Source: Verrucomicrobiaceae bacterium
GTDB taxonomy: Bacteria > Verrucomicrobiota > Verrucomicrobiia > Verrucomicrobiales > Akkermansiaceae
DNA length: 64,000 nucleotides
Reading direction: 5' to 3'
Assembly: GCA_051252135.1 (NCBI GenBank)
Contig: JBPOGH010000003.1
Span: 128,001 to 192,000 of the forward strand
The translations under genes and the position numbers were made by a program. This document shows, in pieces, positions 1-8,893 of this stretch (position 1 is its first letter; each line of letters opens with the position of its first letter). Below the pieces are notes generated by a model. It worked only from the letters and a program-made list of their open reading frames with translations, did not search any database and was not told the DNA's origin.

Positions 1-1
1 G

Positions 2-1831
2 CCCGAACTCGTCAAAGCCATTCGCGATCTCGACCCCACCCGCCCCGTCACCTCCGGCCACTCCGGCTCTGAGCACATGGACGTCTACGGCGTCAACGGC
101 ACCTCCGAAAAACAAACCTTCTACACCAACTACCCCCGTCCCAAGGACAAAGCCTTCATCGCCACCGAAGCCCCCCACACCTGGCAGGTCCGCGGCTACT
201 ACCGTTCTCGTACTTGGTTCCGCGATGGCTTCCCCAACAAACGCCAGGCCCCTTTCCCCCTCCCCGACCTCACCGAAAAAGAAATCTTCACCTACGATTG
301 GACCTCCCCCTCCAAGCGCAAGAACCGGAAGCAAATCTTCAACTCCTCCTACGACAACGCCATGGTCCGCATCACCGCCCGCAAGAACTGGGAACTCATG
401 CGCGACACCCCCTGGTATGCCGGCCACTTCCGCTGGACCGGATTCGACTACCCCGGCGAAGCCGGCTACGTCCACGGCGGCTGGCCCTTCCGCGCCTTCA
501 TGGGCGGCCCCCTCGATCTCGCCGGCTTCAAAAAAGACCTCTACTACTTCTACCAATCCCAATGGACCACCAAACCCATGGTTCACCTCCTCCCCCACTG
601 GACCCACCCCAAAATGGAGCCCGGCACAAAAATCCCCGTCTGGGCCTACTCCAATGCCGACGAAGTCGAACTCTTCCTCAACGGCAAATCCCTCGGCATC
701 GATAAACCCCAAAAAGACGCCTACCAAATGCAATGCGAATGGCTCGTCCCCTGGCAACCCGGCACCCTCACCGCCATCGCCCGCACCAACGGAAAAGAAG
801 TCGCCCGCACCACCCAAACCACCGCAGGAGCACCAGCCACCTTCAAGCTCGAACTCGAACGTGCCCGCGCGGACTCCATCATCACCACCACCCTCGTCGA
901 CAAAAACGGAACGCATACCCCCTACGCCGATAACCGTGTTCATTACTACCTTCGTGGACAGCACTTGGCTTCTCATGAAAATGGCAATCCCGTTGATGTC
1001 GAAAATGGTGTCACTTCCTCCAGCCGCAGAGCGTTCATGGGGAAGACACGGAGCTTCCTTAAACCCGGTTACAATCAATTCTCATTCATCGCAGCGGGAG
1101 CAATTTTAGGCTCTCGGAATGGAGTCACGTCAGTCGGTGATCGACCTCTCGTCACCATTCACACGGACTCCATCATCATCGATTCTCTCATCCGGAACTC
1201 GCCCACTGGAGCCCTAGTCGAAGATGACTCGCTCAAACCCCTCATCAAAATCCACTACACCACCGACGGTTCCCCCCCGACCAAAGACAGTCCCGTTTAC
1301 AAACAACCTTTCGACGTGGCTCTCCCCACCACCGTCAAAGCCCTCGTTGTTGAGGTCAAAAACATATTCCACCCCAGCACGGACAAGCCCCTCTTCCTCA
1401 TGGAAGAAACCTTCGCCACCGACCAAGGCCTCTACTGGTCCGACGGCACCGAAACCGCCCCCGAAACCGAAAACTTCCTCCAGGCCGAATCCGCCCAACT
1501 CTCCCAAGGCACCAAAATCGTCGGCAACCACATCGACATGCCCCGCCCCGGCTCCACCCTCACCTTCCCCCTCGGAAACAACGGCATCCCCGGCGAAACC
1601 AACCTCATCATCCACTACACCCAGCAGGATCCCAAAGGCACCCGCAAACTCGACCTCCTCATCAACGGCAAAAAAATCCGCACCCTCACCTTCAAAAACA
1701 CCGGCAGCTGGGACAGCCACTGGAAACAACTCAACACCACCATCCCCCTCACCGCCGGCGCCAACGAACTCACCCTCATCGCCAACCCCAGAGGCGGCCC
1801 CTCCATCGACAAAATCCTCATCAAAGACTGA
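2..1831 (+). CDS. Glycoside hydrolase family 2 (beta-galactosidase-like), 5'-truncated, with C-terminal FN3-associated and CBM35/CBM6-like domains
   Basis: Frame is open from position 2 (PELVKAIRDLDPTRPVT). GH2 motifs WTGFDYPGE, DLAGFKKDLYYFYQSQWT and VHLLPHWT..YSNADEVELFLNGKSLG; HYTTDGSPPT FN3-associated motif; C-terminal QAE..LTAGANELTL..IDKI. Confidence 0.85.
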   Translation, partial: PELVKAIRDLDPTRPVTSGHSGSEHMDVYGVNGTSEKQTFYTNYPRPKDKAFIATEAPHTWQVRGYYRSRTWFRDGFPNKRQAPFPLPDLTEKEIFTYDWTSPSKRKNRKQIFNSSYDNAMVRITARKNWELMRDTPWYAGHFRWTGFDYPGEAGYVHGGWPFRAFMGGPLDLAGFKKDLYYFYQSQWTTKPMVHLLPHWTHPKMEPGTKIPVWAYSNADEVELFLNGKSLGIDKPQKDAYQMQCEWLVPWQPGTLTAIARTNGKEVARTTQTTAGAPATFKLELERARADSIITTTLVDKNGTHTPYADNRVHYYLRGQHLASHENGNPVDVENGVTSSSRRAFMGKTRSFLKPGYNQFSFIAAGAILGSRNGVTSVGDRPLVTIHTDSIIIDSLIRNSPTGALVEDDSLKPLIKIHYTTDGSPPTKDSPVYKQPFDVALPTTVKALVVEVKNIFHPSTDKPLFLMEETFATDQGLYWSDGTETAPETENFLQAESAQLSQGTKIVGNHIDMPRPGSTLTFPLGNNGIPGETNLIIHYTQQDPKGTRKLDLLINGKKIRTLTFKNTGSWDSHWKQLNTTIPLTAGANELTLIANPRGGPSIDKILIKD

Positions 1832-2028
1832 TCTACGTCGCCCCCCTCAACAAGCCTATGGAGCGTTGGCTTCCAGCCTTACGCGCAAAGCCCAAGCCCC
1901 CCAACCAAGCCCCAGTTCGTAGTGTAGGATTTAGCCGAACTCCCCCAACCAAGCCTTCAATGTTCGACGTTCAAGGCCCCCACAATTTCGGAATAGAATT
2001 CCCTCCCACTTCTCGTATCCTTGAAAAC

Positions 2029-2721
2029 ATGACCTTGAAGCACCTCCTCCCCCTCGCCTTGGCCGGCCTCATCACCTCCGCCGCTGCCGACATCCGTCTC
2101 TGGCTCAGCGCCGACTACGAACGCGAAATGGAAGCCGAGTTCATCTCGGCCGAGGGCGACATGGCCACCATCAACCGCAACGGCCACATCCTCACCTTCA
2201 AACAATCACGCCTCTCCGAAGAAGACCGCGCCTGGATCAAAAACTTCCTCACCCCCCTCGATCCCCCGCAAAAAGTCGCCCCCACCGACTTCGCCGCCAG
2301 TGACTTTGGCAAGGCCCTCGCCAAAACAAAAATCCTCAAGGACGGCACCTTCACCGACCACCCCCTCCCCGTCCAACCCGACCTCTTCATCCTCTACTAC
2401 TCCGCAAGCTGGTGAGGCCCTTGCGTCGCCGCGGCTCCCCAGTTGGTGGAGTCCTACAATGCCAAGATCAAAAACAACCCTGCCGTCGAACTCGTCCACC
2501 TCTCAGTCGATAACGACCCCGCAGCCGCCCTCAAATGGGCCCAAGACGCCAACCTCCCTTGGCCCACCATCCTCCTCTCCGATCTCAACCTCGAGGCCCT
2601 CTCCAAGCCCTACTTCGAGTTCGACCCCGAAGTCCCCGCCTACATCCTCGTAGACGCCTCCGGCAAAGAACTCGCCCGTGGCAAACAACTCATCTTCCAA
2701 AAACTCTCCACCCTCAAGTAA
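2029..2721 (+). CDS. Probable selenoprotein: signal peptide + SHD1 domain + thioredoxin-like (nucleoredoxin/tryparedoxin-type) domain with UxxC (Sec at TGA 2413-2415)
   Basis: ORFs 1858..2415 and 2443..2721 share one frame and are separated only by TGA. Read-through gives LYYSASW-U-GPCVAAAPQLVESY...VELVHLSVD...LPWP...VPAYILVDASGKEL, a complete thioredoxin fold. ATG 2029 starts a signal peptide (MTLKHLLPLALAGLITSAAA). Confidence 0.85.
2416..2454 (+). promoter_or_regulatory. Candidate bacterial SECIS element
   Basis: Hairpin GGCTCC-CC[AGTT]GG-(bulged T)-GGAGTC at 2433-2453. The apical-loop G lies 27 nt after the UGA. Confidence 0.6.
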
Positions 2722-2724
2722 TCA

Positions 2725-2752
2725 GGGCAGGGACCTTTCTCCGAAAGGTCCG
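2725..2752 (+). repeat. REP-like hairpin (GGCAGGGAC family; second copy at about 62859-62886), possibly terminating convergent genes
   Basis: Perfect 9-bp stem GGACCTTTC-TCC-GAAAGGTCC immediately after the stop codon. Confidence 0.55.
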
Positions 2753-2936
2753 GCTCCTTCCCCATCGCTCCCCTTTTCAACAACCGAAAGAAATAAGCCC
2801 TCTCCCCCCTCCCAACCCCAGCCCCAAGCTGGGGTTCTTCTTTCCCCCTCCCAAAGTCCGTCCCTCCCCCTCAACCAATCTGTGAAAATCTTCTCAATCT
2901 GCGGATAATAACTCATCAACCGATCTCAAAGTTCCC

Positions 2937-3812
2937 TCAATCCTCACCCCCCGCCAATTCCCAAAGCGCCGCCACACTCGGCCGCGCCAGACTCCGCTTC
3001 GTCGAACAAAGCCCCACCTCGTATGCCGCCAACTCCGGCGCACCCGTGATCACCTCCACCTCCTCACGGAACGGACTCTTCTCCAGCACCAACTCCGGCA
3101 CCACCCCCACCCCGCACCCCAGGCGCACCATCGCAATGATCGCCTCGTTGCCCGACACCTCCGTCGTCACCCGCGGCCGCACCCCCTCCTTCTTCAAGTG
3201 CGCATCCAGTCGCCTTCGTGACAACCCCGCCCCCGGCAACACCAGCGTCGCCGACCCCAAATCCAACCGCCGCCGCACCATCGGAACCCCCTCCAGCCCC
3301 TTCGGCCCGATAAACACCAACGCCGTCTTCCGCAGCGGCAGGAACTGTAAACTCCCCAGCGCCCGGTCCGGCAGCGCCGCCACCGCCAGATCAATCTCAC
3401 CCGTCATCACCTGCGGCACCGCCTCCTCCGCCGCCCCCGTCCGCAAGGCCAACTGCACCCCCGGATGCTCCGCCCGATACTTCTCCAGCAACTCCGGCAA
3501 CAAATTATACACCGCCGTCACCGACGCATAAATCGACACCACCCCGCCCAACTCATCCCCTCCCGCCAACCCCGCCTTCATCGCCTCCCAATCCGCCACC
3601 GCCTGCCGCGCATACGTCCGAAATGCCACCCCCGCCGCCGTCAAATTCACCCTCCGGTTATCCCGCATAAAAAGCGCCTCCCCCACCTCCTCCTCCAATC
3701 GCTGAATCGACCGCGTCAACGCCGACCGACTCAAATGACTCATCCGGCTCGCCCGCCCAAAATGCAAGGTCTCACACAGATTCAAAAACGCTCTCAACAC
3801 ATCCAGATTCAT
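2937..3812 (-). CDS. ilvY: LysR-family activator IlvY
   Basis: LysR HTH (LCETLHFGRASRMSHLSRSALTRSIQRLEEEVG..LFMRDNRRV) and IlvY-like YASVTAVY and SGNEAIIAMVRLGCGVG motifs. Divergent from a long-form ilvC. Confidence 0.88.
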   Translation of the reverse strand: MNLDVLRAFLNLCETLHFGRASRMSHLSRSALTRSIQRLEEEVGEALFMRDNRRVNLTAAGVAFRTYARQAVADWEAMKAGLAGGDELGGVVSIYASVTAVYNLLPELLEKYRAEHPGVQLALRTGAAEEAVPQVMTGEIDLAVAALPDRALGSLQFLPLRKTALVFIGPKGLEGVPMVRRRLDLGSATLVLPGAGLSRRRLDAHLKKEGVRPRVTTEVSGNEAIIAMVRLGCGVGVVPELVLEKSPFREEVEVITGAPELAAYEVGLCSTKRSLARPSVAALWELAGGED

Positions 3813-3851
3813 CTCATCAATTCTACAAAAATTCTCCTCAATCCCTCACCA

Positions 3852-3940
3852 GCTCCGAAGGAGCGTAGGCTTAGAGCCCCCGGTCTCGGCCGGGGGAAAC
3901 AACACCACCTGCATAAACAAACTCCGAAAAAGTGCCGGCA
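3852..3940 (+). repeat. Three-hairpin REP-like element
   Basis: GCTCC-GAA-GGAGC, 10 nt, AG+CCCCCGG-TCTCGG-CCGGGGG, then a degenerate third hairpin near 3921. Confidence 0.5.
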
Positions 3941-3959
3941 AGCCCCCAATCCCTACCTC

Positions 3960-4550
3960 CCTCAACCAAGAAGCCAACCGCCAAACACCAAAACCCAAGC
4001 CCCTCAACCAAGGAGCTAAAAGCCAACCGCCAACCGCCAACCGCTCAAACCCCCATCCACCTGCAATCCCCCGTTCCCAAACCACTCGCCACCCCATCGC
4101 TCTCCGCCCAAACCCCCATCCACCTGCAATCCCCCGCTCCCAAACCACTCGCCACCCCACCGCGCTCCACCCAAAGCCCACCGCTCTCCACCCAAAGCCC
4201 GCAGCTCTCCACCCGATCCCCCGTTCCCAAACCACTCGCCACCCCACCGCTCTCCGCCCAAAGCCCGCAGCTCTCCTCCCGATCCCCCGCTCCCAAACCA
4301 CTCGCCACCCCACCGCTCTCCGCCCAAAGCTCGCAGCTCTCCGCCCAAAGCCCATCGCTCTCCGCCCAAAGCCCACCGCTCTCCGCCCAAAGCTCGCAGC
4401 TCTCCTCCCAAAGCCCATCGCTCTCCGCTCGAAGCTCGCAGCTCGAAGCTCACACCCCATCGCTCTCCGCTCGAAGCTCGCAGCTCGAAGCTCACAGCTC
4501 ACAGCTCTCCGCTCGCAGCTCTCCGCCCCCCACCCAAAGCTCACACCCAA
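3960..4550 (+). repeat. Long degenerate heptamer tandem array with higher-order repeats
   Basis: Units CGCTCTC, CGCCCAA, AGCTCGC, AGCTCGA, AGCTCAC and AGCCCAY, plus four recurrences of CCCCG(T/C)TCCCAAACCACTCGCCACCCCA. Confidence 0.9.
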
Positions 4551-4569
4551 ATCAACGCGTCCCTTCACA

Positions 4570-4620
4570 GTGTTGCAATTAACACAACACAACCTCCCAA
4601 TCAATTCAATAACCGCAATC
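4570..4620. promoter_or_regulatory. IlvY operator region upstream of ilvC
   Basis: Dyad GTGTTG-N9-CAACAC (4570-4590) contains the LysR T-N11-A box (T4574, A4586). A second degenerate half-site TCAATAACCGCAAT lies about 30 bp downstream. Confidence 0.65.
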
Positions 4621-4691
4621 ACGTTCGTCATTTACAATTCCCTCATTCCTGACATGGAAACCCCGTCAATTCAAACCAACCCATCAACACG

Positions 4692-6167
4692 ATGAGCAAT
4701 AACTACTTCAATACCCTCCCCCTCCGTCGCCAGCTCGATGAACTCGGCACCTGCCGCTTCATGGACGCATCCGAGTTCTCCAACGGCGTCGCCGCCGCCA
4801 AGGGCCTCAAGATCGTCATCGTCGGCTGCGGCGCACAAGGCCTCAACCAGGGCCTCAACATGCGCGACTCCGGACTCGACGTCTCCTACACCCTCCGCGA
4901 TGCCGCCATCGCCGAAAAACGCCAGTCCTTCCTCAACGCCTCCGAGAACGGCTTCAAGGTCGGCACCTACGAGGAAATGCTTCCCACCGCTGACATCGTC
5001 ATGAACCTCGCTCCCGACAAGCAGCACACCAAGGTAGTCGAGACCGTCATCCCTCACATGAAGCAAGGCGCCACCTTCTGCTACGCCCACGGCTTCAACA
5101 TCGTCGAAGAAGGCACCGAGATTCGCAAGGACCTCACCGTCATCATGGTCGCCCCCAAATCCCCCGGCTCCGAAGTCCGTGAGGAATACAAGCGCGGCTT
5201 CGGCGTCCCCACCCTCATCGCCTGCCATGGCGAAAACGACCCCTCAGGCGAAGGCATCGAACTCGCCAAGGCCCTTGCCGTTGCCCAAGGCGGCGACCGC
5301 GCAGGCGTCCTCGAATCCTCCTTCGTTGCTGAAGTGAAGTCCGACCTCATGGGCGAGCAGACCATCCTCTGCGGACTCCTCCAGGCCGGCTCCATCCTCT
5401 GCTTCGACAAGATGAAAGCCGATGGCATCGACACCAAGTGGGCCGTCAAATTCATCCAGCACGGTTGGGAAACCATCACCGAAGCCCTCAAGCACGGTGG
5501 CATCACCAACATGATGGACCGCCTCTCCAACCCCGCAAAAATCGAAGCCTTCCAGCTCTCCGAGCAGCTCAAAGAGATCATGCGTGACCTCTTCTACAAG
5601 CACATGGACGACATCATCTCCGGTGAATTCTCCAGCACCATGATGGCTGACTGGGCAAACGACGACGTCAACCTCCTCGGCTGGCGTAAGGAAACCGGCG
5701 AGACCGAGTTCGAAAAAACCGAAGGCGAAGGTGACATCACCGAGCAGGAATACTTCGACAAAGGAATCCTCATGGTCGCCTTCGTGCGCGCCGGAGTGGA
5801 ACTCGCCTTCGAGGCCATGGTCGAAGCCGGCATCGAGCCCGAGTCCGCCTACTACGAGTCCCTCCACGAAACTCCCCTCATCGCCAACACCATCGCTCGT
5901 AAGAAACTCTACGAGATGAACCGCGTCATCTCCGACACCGCCGAATACGGTTGCTACCTCTTCTCACACGCCGCTGTGCCCCTCCTTCAAGACTTCATGA
6001 AGGACGTCAACACCGACGTCATCGGAAAAGGCCTCGCCTCCTCGGACAACAGCGTCGACAACCAGACCCTCGTCCACGTCAACGCCGAGCTCCGCGAGCA
6101 CCCTGTCGAAGAAATCGGCATCTACCTCCGCGAAGCCATGGGCGCCATGAAGCCCATCACCGCATAA
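4692..6167 (+). CDS. ilvC: Ketol-acid reductoisomerase, long (class II) form
   Basis: [42 protein letters not shown] and [15 protein letters not shown]; 491 aa. Confidence 0.97.
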   Translation: MSNNYFNTLPLRRQLDELGTCRFMDASEFSNGVAAAKGLKIVIVGCGAQGLNQGLNMRDSGLDVSYTLRDAAIAEKRQSFLNASENGFKVGTYEEMLPTADIVMNLAPDKQHTKVVETVIPHMKQGATFCYAHGFNIVEEGTEIRKDLTVIMVAPKSPGSEVREEYKRGFGVPTLIACHGENDPSGEGIELAKALAVAQGGDRAGVLESSFVAEVKSDLMGEQTILCGLLQAGSILCFDKMKADGIDTKWAVKFIQHGWETITEALKHGGITNMMDRLSNPAKIEAFQLSEQLKEIMRDLFYKHMDDIISGEFSSTMMADWANDDVNLLGWRKETGETEFEKTEGEGDITEQEYFDKGILMVAFVRAGVELAFEAMVEAGIEPESAYYESLHETPLIANTIARKKLYEMNRVISDTAEYGCYLFSHAAVPLLQDFMKDVNTDVIGKGLASSDNSVDNQTLVHVNAELREHPVEEIGIYLREAMGAMKPITA

Positions 6168-6189
6168 GGTCAAAAAAAGACCCCCTTCC

Positions 6190-6224
6190 AAAAGCCCGGC
6201 GCCTCCCAAGGCCCGGGCTTTTTC
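6190..6224 (+). terminator. Rho-independent terminator after ilvC
   Basis: AAAAGCCCGG...CCGGGCTTTTT. Confidence 0.8.
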
Positions 6225-6399
6225 TATGGAGAGCGGATAAAATACCCTGTGGGTGCATTCCTGTCCGCTTCGCTTCCCAAGCCCCCCAACCCAATCCTCC
6301 AATCCTATTGCACCCATGAGCCCTATCCCCCCAATTCGTGAATGCATTTCCTCGAACTCACCGTAAACTTTCCCACACCTCTCCGGTTTAAACAAAACG

Positions 6400-7737
6400 A
6401 TGCGTTTGCTCACCCTCCTCTCCCTCTGCGCCCTCGCCTCGTGCAACCTCCCGTCGACCCAATCGACAAACGCCACCATCCCCCTTCCCAAACGCTTCGA
6501 CGCCTCCCGGCCCCCCGTCCCGGAAATAGCAACCTCGCTCAAATCCCTCTTCCCCTCATCCGACATCGCCTTCTGGATCAACCGCGCCCTCGCCCGTAAT
6601 CCCGACCTCAAAGCCAGCTACGCCCTCCTCCAGGAAGCCGGCTTCAACACCCGCCGCACCCGCGCCGCCCTCTCCCCCTCCCTCTCCACCAATGCCGCCG
6701 CCGGCAGCTCGGATTTCGGCATTCAAACCGACCGCTTCTCCGCCACCCTCGACGCCCAATGGGAACTCGATGTCTGGGGCCGCATCCGCTCCGGCGTCAC
6801 CGCCACCTCACTCGATGAAGCCGCCATCGCGGCCGACCACGCCGCCGCCCGCCAATCCATCGCCGCCCAGACCGCCCAGGCCTACCTCGACCTCGTCGCC
6901 GCCTCCCAACTCGTCGACCTCAACGAGCGCAGCCTCAAAAGCTTCGAGTCCACCTACAGCCGGGTCGAACGCCGCTTCGAGCGCGGCCTCGCCAACCTCG
7001 GCGACTCCGACCTCGCTCGCACCGATGTCGAAAACACCCGCGCCCAACTCGCCGCCCGCCGCGATCAACGCGATCAGGCCGCCCGCCGCCTCGCCACCCT
7101 CGCCGGCGACTACCCGGACACCGGAAACCGCGCCGCCTCCTTCCCCTCTCTCTCAAAAACCATCCCCGCCGGCGTCCCCTCCACCCTCCTCATGCGCCGC
7201 CCGGATATCGACGCCGCCTACCAACGCCTCCGCGCCGCCGACGCCCGCATCACCGTCGCCCACCGCGATCTCTACCCCTCCTTCAGCCTCACCGCCAGCG
7301 GCGGACAACAATCCCCCACCTTAAAAAATCTCGCCGACTCAAACTTCAGCGTCTGGTCCTTCGCCGCCAACCTCAGCGCCCCCCTCTTCGATGCCGGCCA
7401 ACGCCAGGCCGAGCTCGGTGCCGCCAACTCCCGCGCCCAACAAGCCCTCTCCTCCTACCACGCCACCGTCCTCAACGCCCTCCGCGAGGTCGAGGACGCC
7501 CTCGGCTCGGAGCACTACCTCGCCACCCGCCAGGCCGCCACCTCCCGTGCCCTCACCGCCGCCCGCAGCGCCGAGGACTCCGTCCGCCGCAACTACGAGT
7601 CCGGCCTCCTCGAACTCCTCTCCCTCCTCGAAACGCAACGCCGCTCCTTCTCCACCGAGGAATCCCTCATCAACATCCGCACCCTGCGCTACCAAAACCG
7701 CGTCAGCCTCGCTCTCGCCCTCGGTAAAGCCCTTTAA
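6400..7737 (+). CDS. RND efflux outer-membrane lipoprotein (NodT/TolC family)
   Basis: Lipobox LASC; WELDVWGRIR, LLMRRPDI and LSAPLFDAG motifs. Confidence 0.92.
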   Translation: MRLLTLLSLCALASCNLPSTQSTNATIPLPKRFDASRPPVPEIATSLKSLFPSSDIAFWINRALARNPDLKASYALLQEAGFNTRRTRAALSPSLSTNAAAGSSDFGIQTDRFSATLDAQWELDVWGRIRSGVTATSLDEAAIAADHAAARQSIAAQTAQAYLDLVAASQLVDLNERSLKSFESTYSRVERRFERGLANLGDSDLARTDVENTRAQLAARRDQRDQAARRLATLAGDYPDTGNRAASFPSLSKTIPAGVPSTLLMRRPDIDAAYQRLRAADARITVAHRDLYPSFSLTASGGQQSPTLKNLADSNFSVWSFAANLSAPLFDAGQRQAELGAANSRAQQALSSYHATVLNALREVEDALGSEHYLATRQAATSRALTAARSAEDSVRRNYESGLLELLSLLETQRRSFSTEESLINIRTLRYQNRVSLALALGKAL

Positions 7738-7740
7738 AAA

Positions 7741-8889
7741 ATGAAGCTCGCCCTCAAAATCATCGCCCCGCTTCTCATCGTCGCGGTCTCCTGGTTCATC
7801 TTCAAAATCCAGGTCGCCTCCGCACCCCCGCCCCAAAGCAAAGTCCCGCCCGAGGTCGTCCCCGCCGCCGACTTCATCACCAGCTCCCCCTCCGAATTCG
7901 CCCCGCCCGTCCGCACCTTCGGAAATGTCTCCAGCTACTTCGAGTCCACCCTCAACGCCCAGATCACCGGCCAAATCATCGAGGTCTCCCCCGACTTCCG
8001 CGTCGGCCGCACCGTCAAAAAAGACGCCGTCCTCGTCCGCCTCGACCCCACCGATTTCGACGCCGCCCTCGTCACCCAGGAGGCCAATCTCACCACCGCC
8101 CGGCGCTCCCTTGCCGAGGAAGAAATCCGCGCCAAGCAAGCCGCCGAGGACTGGACCATCTCCGGCCGCGATCTCAAATCCGCCCCGCCTTACGTCCTCC
8201 GCACCCCCCAACTCGCCGCCGCCCACGGAGCCGTCCGCTCCGCCCAAGCCGCCGTCGATAAAGCCCGCGCCGACCTCGCCCGCGCCACCCTCACCGCCCC
8301 CTTCGACGCCCTCGTCACCGCCCGCTCCGCCTCCCTCGGAAACATCGCCACCCCCCAGTCCCCCCTCGGCACCCTCGTCGCCACCGCGCGCGTCGAGGTC
8401 CACCTCCCCCTCACTCCCGGCCAAGTCCAACGCCTCGACCTCCCCTCGAACTTAAACCCCGCCCTCGACCTCACCCTCACCTCCTCCCTCTACCCCGATG
8501 CGGAGTGGACCGGAAAAATCACCCGCACCTCACCCACCATCTCCCGTGACCAGGTCGTCACCGTCATCGCCGAAATCGAAAACCCCTTCGCCCACGACCC
8601 TCCCCTCGCCATCGGCAGTTTCGTCAACGCCGAAATCAACGCCCGCCCCCTCACCCAAACCCACCGCGTCCCCGAGGCCGCCCTCGTCAATGACTCCTTC
8701 CTCTGGGCCATCGGACCCGATGACCGGCTCGTCCGCATCGAGGCCGACCGCATCCACAGCGACCTCGGATTCGCCTACGTCACCCTCGCCGATTCCGACC
8801 TCACCCCGCCCCTCCGCATCGTCTCCCGCCCCCTCACCAACTTCCAATCCGGAACCCACGTGAGACCCATCGACCCCTCCAAAAAATAA
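7741..8889 (+). CDS. RND efflux periplasmic adaptor (MFP)
   Basis: N-terminal TM; ITGQIIEVSPDFRVG, a coiled hairpin and LTAPFDALV. Confidence 0.92.
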   Translation: MKLALKIIAPLLIVAVSWFIFKIQVASAPPPQSKVPPEVVPAADFITSSPSEFAPPVRTFGNVSSYFESTLNAQITGQIIEVSPDFRVGRTVKKDAVLVRLDPTDFDAALVTQEANLTTARRSLAEEEIRAKQAAEDWTISGRDLKSAPPYVLRTPQLAAAHGAVRSAQAAVDKARADLARATLTAPFDALVTARSASLGNIATPQSPLGTLVATARVEVHLPLTPGQVQRLDLPSNLNPALDLTLTSSLYPDAEWTGKITRTSPTISRDQVVTVIAEIENPFAHDPPLAIGSFVNAEINARPLTQTHRVPEAALVNDSFLWAIGPDDRLVRIEADRIHSDLGFAYVTLADSDLTPPLRIVSRPLTNFQSGTHVRPIDPSKK

Positions 8890-8893
8890 CTCG

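Noticed and set aside
1858..2415. Two separate genes or a pseudogene at 1858..2415 and 2443..2721
   Set aside because: The TGA falls exactly at the catalytic position and is followed by a SECIS-like hairpin, so Sec read-through is the better explanation. The 1858-2028 extension is repeat DNA.
3846..4631. Long repeat-protein ORFs (261, 216 and 159 aa)
   Set aside because: They are translations of the heptamer satellite, open in several frames on both strands, with no credible start.
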